Shown: positions 33,140 to 46,302 of the stretch, piece by piece | Layout of the letters: the number at the start of each line of letters is the position of its first letter | Position numbering within the stretch: the stretch's first letter is position 1 | NCBI RefSeq assembly: GCF_009914755.1 | Contig: NC_060938.1 | Length of the DNA: 64,000 nucleotides | Reading direction: 5' to 3' (one strand) | Origin: the human T2T-CHM13v2.0 reference genome, Homo sapiens | Translations under genes and position numbers: made by a program | The notes under the pieces: model-generated | Databases searched by the model: none | Told to the model about the DNA's origin: nothing | What the model saw: only the letters and a program-made list of their open reading frames with translations

Positions 33140-33359
33140 ACATGGAGAACACCTGGACACAGGGAAGGGAACATCACACACTGGGTCCTGTCAGGGGTTT
33201 AGGGGCTAGGAGAGTGATAGCATTAGGAGAAATACCTAATGTAGGTGATGGGTTTATGGGTGCAGCAAACCACCATGGCACATGTATACCTATGTAACAA
33301 ACCTGCATGTTCTGCACATGTGCCCCAGAACTTGAGTATAATAAAAATATATAATCAAT

Positions 33360-33905
33360 ATTGTGACATGTGGAAACCATATGTAACTCAAATCTCAATG
33401 TACATAAATAAAGTTTATTTAATATAGCCTTGCTCATTTGTTTCTGTATCATCTATGGCTGATTTTGTGCTACAACAGCTGAGTTGTGACAGAGAACATA
33501 CAGCTTGCACAGACTGATATATTTACTCTCTGGTCCTTTACAGCAGTGGCCCCCAACCTCTTTGGCACTAGGGATTGGTTTCGTGGAAGACAGGTTTTTC
33601 CAGACCGTGGGGTGTGGGGATGGGGGATGGTTTTGGGATGAAACTATTCCACCTCAGATCATCAGGCATTAGATTCTCACAAGGATTGAGCAACCTAGAC
33701 CTCTCACATGCGCAGTTCACAGTAGGGTTTGAGCTCCTATGAGAATCTAATGCCATGGCTGATCTGACAGGAAGCAGAGCTCAGGCAGTAAGGCTTACCT
33801 GCGGCTCACCTCCTACTGTGTGACCTGGTTCCTAACTGGTGGAGAACCAGTACCAGCCCACAGCCCGAGTGTTGGGGACCCCTGCTTTACAGTGCCAGCC
33901 CTTGT
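33360..33905 (+). mobile_element. MER58B remnant split by MER1B
   Basis: cataaataaagtttattt…ctatggctgattttgtgctacaacag…atatttactctctggtcctttacag. Confidence 0.7.
33544..33884 (-). mobile_element. MER1B (hAT-Charlie MITE)
   Basis: TIRs cagtggcccccaac and gttggggacccctg; perfect 8-bp TSD ctttacag at 33536-33543 and 33885-33892. Confidence 0.92.
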
Positions 33906-34097
33906 TTTAGACCCTTTGTTGTTTAATCACATTCAGGTTAATCTGCCTACCTCCCACAATGTTTTTATTTCTTCAGGGTTGCCTATATCTTACTAAGTAA
34001 CAAATAGCAATGAACACTGTAGCAGGACTCCAACACACAAAAATGTAATAGGATTCTAGCTCAATGAACGGCACAATCAAATGTAAAGGCAAAATAA

Positions 34098-34352
34098 TTA
34101 ATTTATAATGAGCAGTGAGGATGAACAGAGGTCACTTTCATCACCATTTTAGTTTTGGCAGGTTTTGGCCAGCTTCTTTACTGCATCCTGTTGTATCAGC
34201 AGGTCTCTGTGACCTGTATCTTGTGCCGACCTCCTATCTCATACTGTGACTAAGAATGCTTAATCTTCTGGGAATGCAGCCCAGTAGAAATCATCCTCAT
34301 TTTACCCAGGCCCTATTGAAGATAGAGTTGCTCTGGTTCAAATATCTCTGAT
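34098..34352 (-). mobile_element. MER41B-like ERV1 LTR, 5' 250 bp only
   Basis: Reverse complement matches the recalled MER41 start (…gaaccagagcaactc…gggtaaaatgagg…ggaggtcggcacaagatacaggtca…cctcactgctcattata). Confidence 0.85.
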
Positions 34353-34445
34353 ACTTTTCTCTAGTTAACCTGTCTTTTGTTATAGGAGTGTTTGCCATGA
34401 CCCTCATGATGGGTGGGGAACAGTATCACAGCTTTCTGCACTACA
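34353..34445 (+). mobile_element. 3' end of a MER39/MER34-type LTR
   Basis: cttttctctagttaacctgtcttttgttataggagtg…gatgggtgggga…ctaca. Confidence 0.55.
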
Positions 34446-36276
34446 CTATTCTGCTGTCAAAAAATTACAGAAAAGAAGTGGTTAATAGGAAGCAGAATAT
34501 ATGAATCAAAGGATTATTATTTCTGCGGTAAGCCAAATTAAATTGGGGTTTCATGGCCTAGATGGGTATGTAGGTAAATGGACAACAACTGATTGTGAAG
34601 GAAGAAGTGAATCTGGTCAGTTACAAGTCTCTGATGTGATTTGGGCCACTGGGTAATGGCTCCTGGAGCCCGATTTATCCCAAATGTTCTGTAACCAAAC
34701 AAGGATGCCATACAATAACCCATCCCAATATGGCCACTGAAGAGACTCCTGTCATCTTGAAGTCAAGATCTCTCCTTAAGGGTGCACATTAGGCTGAAGT
34801 CAAACAAGTTCCTGGTGAGCTCAGGGAAATAGCTCACTCAGCTTGAAAAAAGTACAGCCCAGCAGGCTTCCTCCCTTCAAATGTTTTTCTCTTGACTAAA
34901 GCAACATGAAATGGAAAGAGAATAGCAACAAAAAAAACAAATAGTTCAAGCAAATGCCTTTTGCAGATAAATTACCCAGAAAGCCAGGCTGCTTTTCATG
35001 GCTACTCTCCTCTCAGCCCTGTTATTTCTTGGCCTCACCCAAATCCATGGGGTAGGAATCTATCTTGCAGGATTCATGCTTTGTTTATTGTCCATGCCTC
35101 TGAACAATTTTGTGAGCAAGTCTAAATCCTTGAGGGGATTTTTCCTTGCTTGTTTTTATTGACTTTGGCCTTGCAGTATTTTAAAAGTCATTTTTGTTTC
35201 CAATTATCAACGCTACTGACTTACTGAATTCTACTTCCTCCTGATTTTCCCACTTCCTCTTCTTCCCTTGAGCAGTTTTTTGTGCTTCAGGAATAAAGTT
35301 CTGACTTTTTCTCTCACCTCTTCACTCCAGTTAGCTTCCCCCTGCTGGTCCCAACTGCTAATCGGACCATTTCTCCACACTAAATTACAGAATTATCCTG
35401 AGGCAACAAAACTTTTACATGAATGTTTCCTTGCAGTTCAAAAGTATTTTAGGCACTAGGTGAATGCCTAGTGAGAGTCTGTCCCGAAATGTACACATCA
35501 GTATTCTGTGGGACTTAATTTAAGCTATGAAAGCAAAAGATAAAGAAACATTCCATCACCAACATGGTTTCCCCTGCTTTGCTTCCTGTTTATCAGTGCT
35601 TCAAGGTCACCTTTCGATATGGGCAGTGTTCAGCTTATTCTAAGTCTCCCTCTATTAATAATGGCTCTTATGACTCCTACCCCTTAGCTTGGCAGGGTCC
35701 CCCTCTCACCTTCTGTGAGTGAAAAAACAACTAGGCAGCCTTGCTCTTTTTTCCTTCCATCACTTAGATTTGCTTCTGAAGCTCTGCTGAATTATATTTG
35801 AATAATTCATCCAACTCAATTTTTACTGAGGGACTAATGTGCTAATTAAAAGAGGCGTCATTTTAAGGTTGGATTGGGTGCTCATTACTAAACATTGCTG
35901 TAAAATATTCATATTATATTTGGGAAGTTGTGGGGAAATACAGAAAGGACAAGCATGTGCAAGCATGTTAATACCTTTTCAGAAACCATGATTAGAATCA
36001 TCATTTTTTTTCTGATTCAGAGAGTGTTTATGTTATAAATCCTGGGCTCTGCCATTTCTTGCTGGGTAAAAAGGCATTTAGGTAATGGATGATACAATTT
36101 AAAACAAAAATATCCAAAAACTGCATCTCTGCCTAAATTGCTCAAGTGTCTAATTGGATCCAGTAAACAAGGCTATCTTGATTCCAGGAAGGCCTCTTCA
36201 TTTTTTTAAACCATGTTTTATATGTAGCAACACATTTCTATATTTTACTGTGCTTCATACGTATCCAGACACTCAC

Positions 36277-36298
36277 CATTGTAGAAATAACGCCATTT
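36277..36298 (-). other. Candidate 22-nt microexon
   Basis: cactaaaatttcatctccttgttag|AAATGGCGTTATTTCTACAATG|gtgagt. Confidence 0.4.
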
Positions 36299-37117
36299 CT
36301 AACAAGGAGATGAAATTTTAGTGACAATTGTTTAAAGATTGTATGTGACATTCTGCAGGCAAATAATCTTTTGACCAGAGAACCTTCCCTAAACGTCATG
36401 GTCTAAAATCTTTGAAAAGCATATTTGAAACTTTCGGTGAGTGACATACACTGACTTCTCAGATAGCCTTGATTAGGCTTCCTATCTAAAAGCATAGTAA
36501 AACCTTGATTAATGGAAATGTTTGAAGAATGGGACGTTCTGGCTAATTCTGCAAATTTTTTTTCAATGACAAAATATTTAATAAATAATTGTCTGATGCA
36601 TCCTCCCAACCATACGTAAGTCAGTGAGGGGTGGGGACTAGTTTGAACTGGAAGAGATTAAGTTGTTGAGTTTTGATTTAATTTAGAGATTTAGAGATTT
36701 AGTTGTTTATGGCAGAGTTCCCTCCCATGTAGCAGTTTATGATTAGAGTCAATGACGTGACCTGGTTCATCTGAGGACACTGAAGTGATCTGCCACAGAA
36801 CTGTAATGAGCACCAACTGTGGATGGGATGAAGTTCAGTTCAAGGTTGAGACTTCAATATCAAGAGTTCAAAGCTAAGTGCAATTGGAATAAAAACAAAG
36901 TCAGTCACGGATCATGCCAAAAGGAACCCTGGGCAGTGGCTGCAAACACAGGCCACTGTCCAGGACTTGCTTTTGTGGGCTGGCATGTATGTGGTGTACG
37001 AAATTACCAGGCTCATTTAGAGTTCCAAGGAGGAGACTGAAGTAGTTAATAGGAACCTAATGACTGGAATACATAAATAAACCTCCCAGTCAATGACTTA
37101 ATAGTTTCTGAATTTCA

Positions 37118-37275
37118 AGAATCATATAGAACACTTGGAGATAGAAAGAATCCTAAGTATCACCCAGTTCAACTCCCACATTTTACAAATGAGAAAGCTC
37201 ATTTGCCAAGAAGTCAAATAATAGCAAATCTGCTATAAAACCCCAGGCCTCCTGCTTCCTAATCCAATGCTCTGT
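37118..37275 (-). mobile_element. MIR3 fragment
   Basis: atcacccagttcaactcccacattttacaaatgagaaagct…aaccccaggcctcctgcttcctaatccaatgctct. Confidence 0.7.
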
Positions 37276-38706
37276 TGTTTCACAGTAGGAATCATGGATT
37301 ACAGTATTTTTTGCTGCCTAGGTTCTGCCAAAGTGTTCTACATGCAAATATGTGTCCTTCCCTTTCCCAACTTTTACCCTTAAATTTCTAAGTATTATAG
37401 AGAGGTGAGAATCAAAATGGAGGTGAGGTAAAGAGAGTCTAACAGAGAGAAAGAGCAAGAGATCTGGTTAAAGTTATTCAGAAATATTTGTGCTCCAGAA
37501 TCAGGTCTTCTCTATCTTACTTCTTGCTATTTACCTCTACCATCCACATATTTTTCCCAAAATACCCATAAGTTTAGCAATTGAAATTCTACTCCTTGGC
37601 TTTGCTGTGTGCCCTGGCCAAGGACATTGTTAAATAATGCTCTGTTATCAGCCTAACAGGTAAAATTATCATGACTCTCTTCACTAATTTAGGTTTAAGA
37701 AATATACTATATAAAATAATGCATTTATAAGACATGGAATTTTCTCAATTCTCTTTCTGGAAGTGCTTATTCTATTGATATTTTAAGTAGACTAGAACAG
37801 GTTTAAAATGTACTTGAAGAATGAGGTGTGCAAATATGAAGTATAAACATAAATGTCTTTTAACACTTTAAAGTCAATGGAGGAAAACTTGCTACTTGAA
37901 ATAAAAAGATAGTTACATCAATTAAACTTAGGAAAAATACCAATAACACAAGGAGAATGCAATATAGGAAAGGAGACTCAAAGAAAACAAGGGCATTTTA
38001 CCAATACCACAGTGAGAAAAGAAATATCAGAGAGTAAACAGGTCCACTAATAAATGAAGAACATGAAATTAATGATGAGTCTAAAATGGTAGAGATAATG
38101 AACTCATTTGTAAAATCGGTCCTTAACAAGAAAAATGAAGATGGGAAGTTTCAACAATTAAGTAGTAATGAAAATCTTGCAAAAATAGCTGTTGACAAAG
38201 AAACAGGAAAGAAAAGGCCAATTCTATTTTGGGCTGGATCAAAAGAATTATTCCACAGCAAAGAGGGAATTTATATGTCCGTGATCACATACCTCAAATC
38301 TTATGCTAAGTTTGTGGCAATTGTGTTCAGCTTTATTCTCATATTCACAAGTGAGTGGAGAGGAAGAACTTATGGAGGTACCACTTGTCAGGTTTATGCA
38401 CATGCAGCAGGTGGTAGATATGCTTAAAAGGATGAAAAAGGAAAGGTTGTTTCTGTGTTGGTTCCACCCTCCAAGCAGTATTGGTGGGCATGGTGCTGTG
38501 CTATTAGTAGCTGAAAATAGGTCTTACATTGATTTTTTAAATTGAATTAAAAAGGTATAAGTTGAAATGTTGATTGACGATCTTACAAACGGCAACAGAA
38601 AGCAAGGTAGGATGACATCATGATAGATTATCTTCTCTGCCCTATGAATACCTCTTCTTACTTGTTGACGGGTAGAAGTTATATGACTATGAAACATACT
38701 TAGAAA

Positions 38707-39078
38707 CAGATAGTCCCTTACTGTGGTTCCACGAGTTTCTAACTATACAATGGTGCAAAGTGATACACATTCAGTGGAAATTGTAGTTCAAATTTTAAAA
38801 TTTGATCTTTCCCTGGCTTAGCGATATGCAGTATGATATTGCTCACCAGTCAGCCATGCAATCAGGAGGGCAGACAACCAGTGCTTTATGCTATACCATG
38901 GTGCCAGATGATTTTGCCCCACTGTAGGCTAATGTAAGTGTTCTAACCATGTTTAAGGTAACCTGACCTTTGATGTTCAGTAGGTTAGGCTTGTTAACTG
39001 CATTTTTGACTTAAAATATTTTCCACTTACAATGGGTTTATCAGAATGTAACCCCATCATAAGTTGAGAAGCACCTCT
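38707..39078 (-). mobile_element. MER47B-like (Tigger-family MITE)
   Basis: gccagatgattttgccccactgtaggctaatgtaagtgttct and terminus aaccccatcataagttgagaagcacct. Confidence 0.8.
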
Positions 39079-39223
39079 ACTTGATGTCCCTGCATTATTA
39101 AATCTTCATTGCTTTTTCCTGATTTACCCACAATACATCAGATACTAGTAATGCTTAAAATAAGATTCTGCCATTATTGTTCTCTTTATCAAACTGTAAT
39201 ACCATGCATAAAACTAGCGCCTC

Positions 39224-39277
39224 CCAGCCTGGGTGACAGAGTGTGACTCCGTCTCAAAAAAAAAAAAAAAAAAAAAA
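39224..39277 (+). mobile_element. Extremely 5'-truncated Alu (about 32 nt plus A22)
   Basis: ccagcctgggtgacagagtgtgactccgtctc-poly(A); TSD actag(c/g)gcctcccag at 39213-39227 and 39280-39294. Confidence 0.9.
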
Positions 39278-39487
39278 CCACTAGGGCCTCCCAGTAAAAG
39301 CGCAACAGAGAAAGTATAGGCTCTGACGGAGCCTCCCGGCAATGCATAGAATGCCATGGCTCACCTCAATGGTCTTTCTCCTTCCTCCCACCTGAAATTC
39401 TTGGACTATTTTTTTCAGAAGTATACATCAGATGACAATGTCAACAGGAACAGAATGTATGCTATACAGAAATTAAGCATGTTGGCA

Positions 39488-40183
<696 letters not shown>

Positions 40184-42202
40184 CCAAGTAAGACCTGAAA
40201 AGGGGTGGCTGACATTTGAGCCAGGATGTGATTGAAATGAGGAAGTCAGCCTTTCTAAGATCTGGGGAAAGAGCCATCCATGCAGACCAAACAGAAAGTA
40301 GGAACTGCGAAGACCTTAAGGCAGGAATGAACTTGATGAGTCTGAGACTTTAAAGGACAGTGTAGTTGTATCATGCTAAGTGAAAGGGGAGAATACTCTT
40401 AGGTGACACAGGAAAGGTAAGCAGAGATCATATTAGGCAGAATTTTTTAAACCATAACTAGTTTATATCATAGGCTGAGTGTAGTAGAAACCATTGGAGT
40501 ATTTTAAAGTAAATCACAATGCTGTTATTTTGAAAATTAATCTCATTTTAATAGATAAGGACGACTGCATTCCAATTCAAGGGTAAGAAATACATGTTTT
40601 AGATTAAAATTTAAAAATAGACTAAATAAATAAAAACTTTAGATGCAAAATTAGGAATTACTGCCTGTTGGAGAAACTCTGTTCCAAACATATGGTGGTA
40701 TCTGAGAGGTTGGTACAAGATATTGAAAGGGGTCTTGGGTTTAGGACTAAATCTACAAAAACGCCTCAGCTTGAAGCAGGTAATTCCCTGGGGTGGCAAA
40801 TGAGTAGCCACAGGTAGGTAAAGAAGTAGATGAGTTTCAAGAGAAAAAAAGATGAGGGAGTATTGTACTAAAAACAACAGTAGCCTTCCCTCCAGGAAGA
40901 ACTGATTAAGTTCTTTCTGTATTTGCCATTTTCAATGCCAGAATTCTTCCTTGGTAAAAAAGCACAACAGAACAATACCTTTTGACTATTCCAAATAATT
41001 CTCAGGCAGGGTAATTTCCACATATAATCTGAGAAGAACCAATGTTCTGGAAAAATAAAATGTGGCCTGGAGCAGCAAAGTGAAAAAAGAATTTTGTCTC
41101 CTGTTGAGGGTGAATTTGATCCCAGATTCACCACTTGCAAGTCCTTTTTTTGAACCATCCTACAGAAGATCCTGTGGAGTCATGGGGAGTAAAACACCAT
41201 TTGACAGAAGAGATACTAGCATACTGAGAATACAACTGGCTGGGATGCCAAAACAATGCATATATAAAATATACTAATGAGATTAAAAAAAAAATCAGAA
41301 ACAGAGAGGAACTAGGCTGTTAACAACTAGAAAACTACAGAGACACTTAGGTAAGTAGAGAAAACAATGAGGGGTAAAAAGAAGCGAGGGAAACAAACAG
41401 AAAAAGAAAGATGTATACAGTTTTGATGACAGAAGATAAAACACACCTCTTTAGGGTCTTTGTGTTTGAACTCCGCTTTACAAGAAACATATTCCAAGTA
41501 TAAGGCATGCTTCTGCAGACTGAGTTAAAAGGCTGTTGCCACAGGTAATCAGAAGTATCTGACTATTAAACCACAACAGCCTGAAAGGAAAGGAGTATTT
41601 AGTGCTCACACAGATTTTGCTCTTTTAAGAAACAGTAATCAGTCTGTGTATGTAATTTGGAGAGTAACATAAATTCAGATGGGGCTTGTTTATAATTGAG
41701 TACTAATGTGGGAGTATTGTGCTAATGAAAGAGTCAAGAGGGAGGCAGAGGCTGCTTTAATGGATGGTTTGTAATAGTATTAATAGTAAGACACAGCAAA
41801 TTTGCCTAACCTGTAAGCCACTGGTTGGTTTCTAAAGGCTTATTACATTTTTCTACAGCATCTTTTTAATCATGGTGCATTGGTGGTGAATTGGCCTAGG
41901 TTTAGCTGGGGGATGGATCCATGGAGTAGTTATTTCTTTCTGAGAGTAGAATGTCTCAAGAAACAGGTGCCCTAGGTGATGCCAAATATCACTACACAGA
42001 GCAGTAACAGCAGAGGGTAATTGCCTGTGTAAATGAGAGGCAGTGGAGAGATGGTAACCCTGGGGCTGCATTACTAAGGCAGCTTTTATGCACATAAGGG
42101 TCACTGTTTCTTGCTCTCTGCCTTGCCCTTGGCCAGAAGTTTGGAGCCCTGATATTGAAAAAAAATGGAATGAAATGAAAGTTGGAATTCAGTAAAGGTA
42201 GG

Positions 42203-42433
42203 CAATGCAGTGTAATAGAAAAAGCACAGAATAGGAGTTGTAAATACTTGGGCTGGAATTCTAGCTCTGCTATGGACTAGCTCTTGCCAGTGCGAATAAA
42301 ACCCTCTGAGCTTCAGCAATAACATAGGGATAAAAATACACATCTCCTACTATTATAAAGTTTAAATAAATTAATATGGAAAGTGCTCAGTTTCAGTTCC
42401 TAGCTCATAAGATCAAACTATTATTTTTATTAT
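42203..42433 (+). mobile_element. MIR
   Basis: gcagtgtaatagaaaaagcacag…gaattctagctctgcta…ctctgagcttcag…gaaagtgctcag. Confidence 0.75.
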
Positions 42434-42489
42434 CAACATTTTCAGAACATTTTAGATGTTTCACTTAAAAATCTAGAAAGTGTACTCAC

Positions 42490-42850
42490 CAACATATATG
42501 AATCTAAAAAACCAAGTTGAACAAAAAGAGCAAGCTGAAAATGTCTGTAATAAAAAGCATTATAAAATGTGTACAGAGACAAAAAAAAAAAAAACCAAAA
42601 TACTATCATGTATTATTTAGAGATTGGAGAAATAAATGGGGATAATAAATCCCAAATTCAGGACAGTCTTTGCTTCTGCAGGAAGATGAAAGAAAGAAGG
42701 TGAGAGGCAATATGAAGTTCAACGGAAAAGTACATGTGATGGGGTGAGGCTTCCACTGTCTCTGAAATGTGTCATTTCTTAAGCTAAGTTGTGGGCATGC
42801 AGGTATACACTATTTATTATATCTCTTCATAGGTCAGGTAAATTTTAAAT
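42490..42850 (+). mobile_element. L1ME-type 3'UTR fragment
   Basis: atgaatctaaaaaaccaagttgaac; aaattcaggacagt; tttcttaagctaagttgtggg. Confidence 0.6.
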
Positions 42851-43774
42851 TAATTTATTCAGTTTTTTACTTCCATTTCCTCCATGTTGTACAAAACATA
42901 TAGGAAAAATAACACTGCATTAATATAGTTTGCTAATATTTAATAATTTATAGATACTTGTGTGTACATTATCTCATGTGACCTATAAGCATCACCACAT
43001 TTAGGCTGGGAAATATGGTAGAAAAAAAACCCACACAGTTTTAAGTTTTGCCTAAAAGCTTGCCTTTGGTGAGTCAGGCCATGTGATCATAGCCTATGTC
43101 CTTGTTCTTAATTTTTGCTTCTTAATCTATAAAACAAGAATAATGCTTACTTCATGGGAAGATCGTGATGGTTGCATAAAATAGCCCATAGATCAGCATA
43201 TAGAAGGCTCTTAATTAATATAAGTTCATCTCATACCTAGCTTGCAGGATCCCATAAGGACACTATGCTATGCTGCAGTTATCATGGGTAAATGTGGATT
43301 TGGGGGTATTTTCATATGACAAGAGGCTGCAAAATACAGTCTTTTGGAAAATAACCAGAGCAGAGGTCCTGTGGCACTAAAAAATCTAGAGGGGGAAAAG
43401 GAAGTGGAGATTCAAGGATGGGTCAGAGGATCATTACTAACATCATTTAGAAAGAATTAAACTATTATTTTACTTATGTGACATTCACGTTCCATCACCG
43501 AGAGTCAGGAATAGACAAGTATTGAATGTAGTTATATTAACAGATAAGATAAAAACCATATGAGAAAATACAGTAGCAACTCTAATTCTGAAACACAGGA
43601 TTCACTTCCTTTACTCTGAGAAACCTTCCTAACTCAACAGGATGCCAGCACCAGAGAACCTAACATAATGGAACTAAGGTTCCTTCTACCTAAGCCATTT
43701 CCCCATATCTTTCTCTGTCTTTCTCTCCCTTTCTCTCCCTTTCTCTCTCATTCCAAGAGCTTGTAAGAACTTAC

Positions 43775-43877
43775 TTGCTTTTATTCCTGGACAAAGAAAC
43801 ACACTGGATAAGAAATCATTTGAACTTGAAATACTACAACAATTATTAGGAAATCTCCATGCTAATCAAAGTATAAC
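43775..43877 (-). other. Candidate 103-nt non-coding exon
   Basis: ctgac…ttttacctttacttttcttttgcctttttttgtag|GTTATAC…AAAAGCAA|gtaagt; stops in all three frames. Confidence 0.4.
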
Positions 43878-46302
43878 CTACAAAAAAAGGCAAAAGAAAA
43901 GTAAAGGTAAAACCATGAGTCAGAATCTGGTTCATAAAATAGGTGACCTTTAGCTATGCCTCACTGGCATTTTCTCCTCACAAAATATGACCACTTATAT
44001 AAGATACCATGAAATTACATACTTGTAATAGTTACTTTTGCTCTTTGCAAATGGAGCTGCTCAAACTAGAAATCAGAATAATATTTTGTATCTAAGTGCA
44101 TGCTTTTTAAAAGAACCTAAAAGTATGTTTAAATTTTACTGCTGAGATATGACTATGAGAATAGAAAATTTAAACATACACACACATGTACACACAAAAA
44201 ACCACACATATCTTTTCCTTTAAGCTTCTTTCATAGAAAATTAAAAGAAACTGGTATGTTGAATTTTTCCCCCCTGATTGGAGTGATGCTGCAGATACCC
44301 CACAGAAGGTCACCTTCATTCTTCTATGTTTTCATCTGCAAGGCTTCAGTGTTTGGGTAAAAGGTGGTGCAAAAGACAATAACAGTGCATTTTATTTTTA
44401 CCTTGTCTTTTAACTGAATATATTTCTTCCAAAAATGTTTCAGAGTTCTCTAAATCTCCATTTGAGTATCATTAGAATGACACTGTGTATTCTTCCAACA
44501 ATCCATGTTTTGACTTCTGGTTTCCAGTCTGCCTTATAAGAAGACTAGAAGTTTCCATTCCAATTTAACAAGAAGAAAAAATAAATAAAAACAAATAAAC
44601 TGAAAAAAAAATCAACAAATCTTCTTGGCTCTATCAAAGAAATGAAATCACAGAACAAACTGTTGGCCCCAAAATTGGAGAGCAGCAGGCAGATTCAGAG
44701 AATCATAACCTCCCAGAACAGACAGCTGTGAGCAGAAACCTCAGCAGGAGCCAGTGCTATAGTAGGAAAACCTGAACTCTAATTGACAAATTGATGGAGG
44801 CTTAGAGAGGACACATCTGAAAGTTAAAAACTCCAGTGGTGCCCAGTCACCAGGAGCTCCCACATTTTTATGAGTATTACCTCCAGGAGTTCTACCAGGT
44901 TCTCACAGTGAATATCAAAGAAAAGTCGTCTCTTGCTTCCAGGAGAAGGAAGGGAAAATGAACCATTTAAAAATATGTAGAGTATTCTGTTCTTGACCGG
45001 GCTTACCCTCAGGAGAAACCATTTTACCAAGCCTAACCTGACTAGAGAAAGGAAAATGCCCAACTGTAGCCCTCTGTAGCCATCCCACCCCACATGATGC
45101 AGGGAAAAACTGAGAAGCATTGATAAAGTTCATCATTCAGGGGCACAAATTCACCAAGAGACTGAGACCTAATCATAGATTAATCAGATCACCTTTCAAC
45201 AAAAAATTTACAAGCCACTAAAGGCAAAAACACAGTTTTAAGTGATTGAACAAGCATCAGAACCAAAGTCAGGTATGGCAGAAATGTCAGAATTATCAGA
45301 CCAGGAATTAAAACAAATCATGATTGCTATGCTAAGGACTTTAATGGAAAAAGTAGACAATATGCAAAGCAGATGGATAACTTCAGCAGAGACAGAAATT
45401 CTAAGAAGTATTTTTTAAATGATCAAAAAGACATTGTAACAGAATTAAGCTATTGTAACAGAAATGAAGAATACATTTGATGGATTCATTAGTAGAATGG
45501 ACACAACTGAGGAAAAGACCCTCTAAGCTTCAGGATATAACAACAGAAACTTACAAAACTGAAAAGCAAAGAGAACAAAGACTGAAAAAAATAAAACAAG
45601 ACCAGAATACAATATCCAAGAACTGGGGACATCTATGAAAGGTATAACATACACATAATAGAAATAGTAGAAGGAGAAAGAGAGAAAGGGGCAAAAGCAA
45701 TATTTGAAATAATAATGACTGAAGATTTTCCTGAAATTAATGCCAGACAGCAAAGCACAGGTCCAAGAAAGCTCAGAGAACACCAAGCAGAAAAAATGCC
45801 CCCCAAAACACTTATGCGTAGGAATATCATATTCAAATTTCAGGAAAGAAAGAATAGAAAGAGAGAGAAGAAGCCAGAGGAAAAAAAACACCCTACCTAT
45901 AAAGGAGAAAAATAAGGACTAAAGCCAACTTCTCTGAAGCCATGCAAGCAAAAAGAGTGAAGTGAAACATTTAAAATGTTAAGAGGAGAAAAACACCAAC
46001 CTAGAGTTCTGTACTCTGCAAAATTATCCTTTAAAATTGAAGGAGAAATTAAGACTTTTCCAGACAAACAAAAATTGAGGCAATTTGTTGTCAATAGACA
46101 TACTTTGTAAGAAATGTTAAGTTTTTCCGAGATAAGGAAAATAATATAAGCCAAAAACTTGGATCTATATAAAGAAACGAAGAGCACTGGATAATCAATA
46201 AAGGTAAGATAAAAACTTATTTTTCTTATTTTTAATTGATCTAACAGATCAATTCAAAATAGTAATAGCAACAATGTATTCAATTGTGTGTGTAAATATA
46301 TA

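Larger units (their letters stand above)
26865..33347 (+). mobile_element. Full-length (about 6.5 kb) inactive LINE-1, L1PA7-like
   Basis: 5'UTR start ggcaagatggccaaatagg; ORF1 and ORF2 remnants; 3'UTR gggtgcagcaaaccaccatggcacatgtatacctatgtaacaaacctgca; likely TSD aaaaatatat 26854-26863 and 33343-33352. Confidence 0.95.

Noticed and set aside
38086-38427. 113-aa ORF in non-L1 sequence
   Set aside because: No recognisable domain, A-rich composition, partly over a probable L2 remnant; length compatible with chance
41475-41605. Minus-strand acceptor tactcctttcctttcag at 41581 and isolated GTGAGT donors near 42489 and 52499
   Set aside because: Each lacks a convincing partner site, so not called as exons
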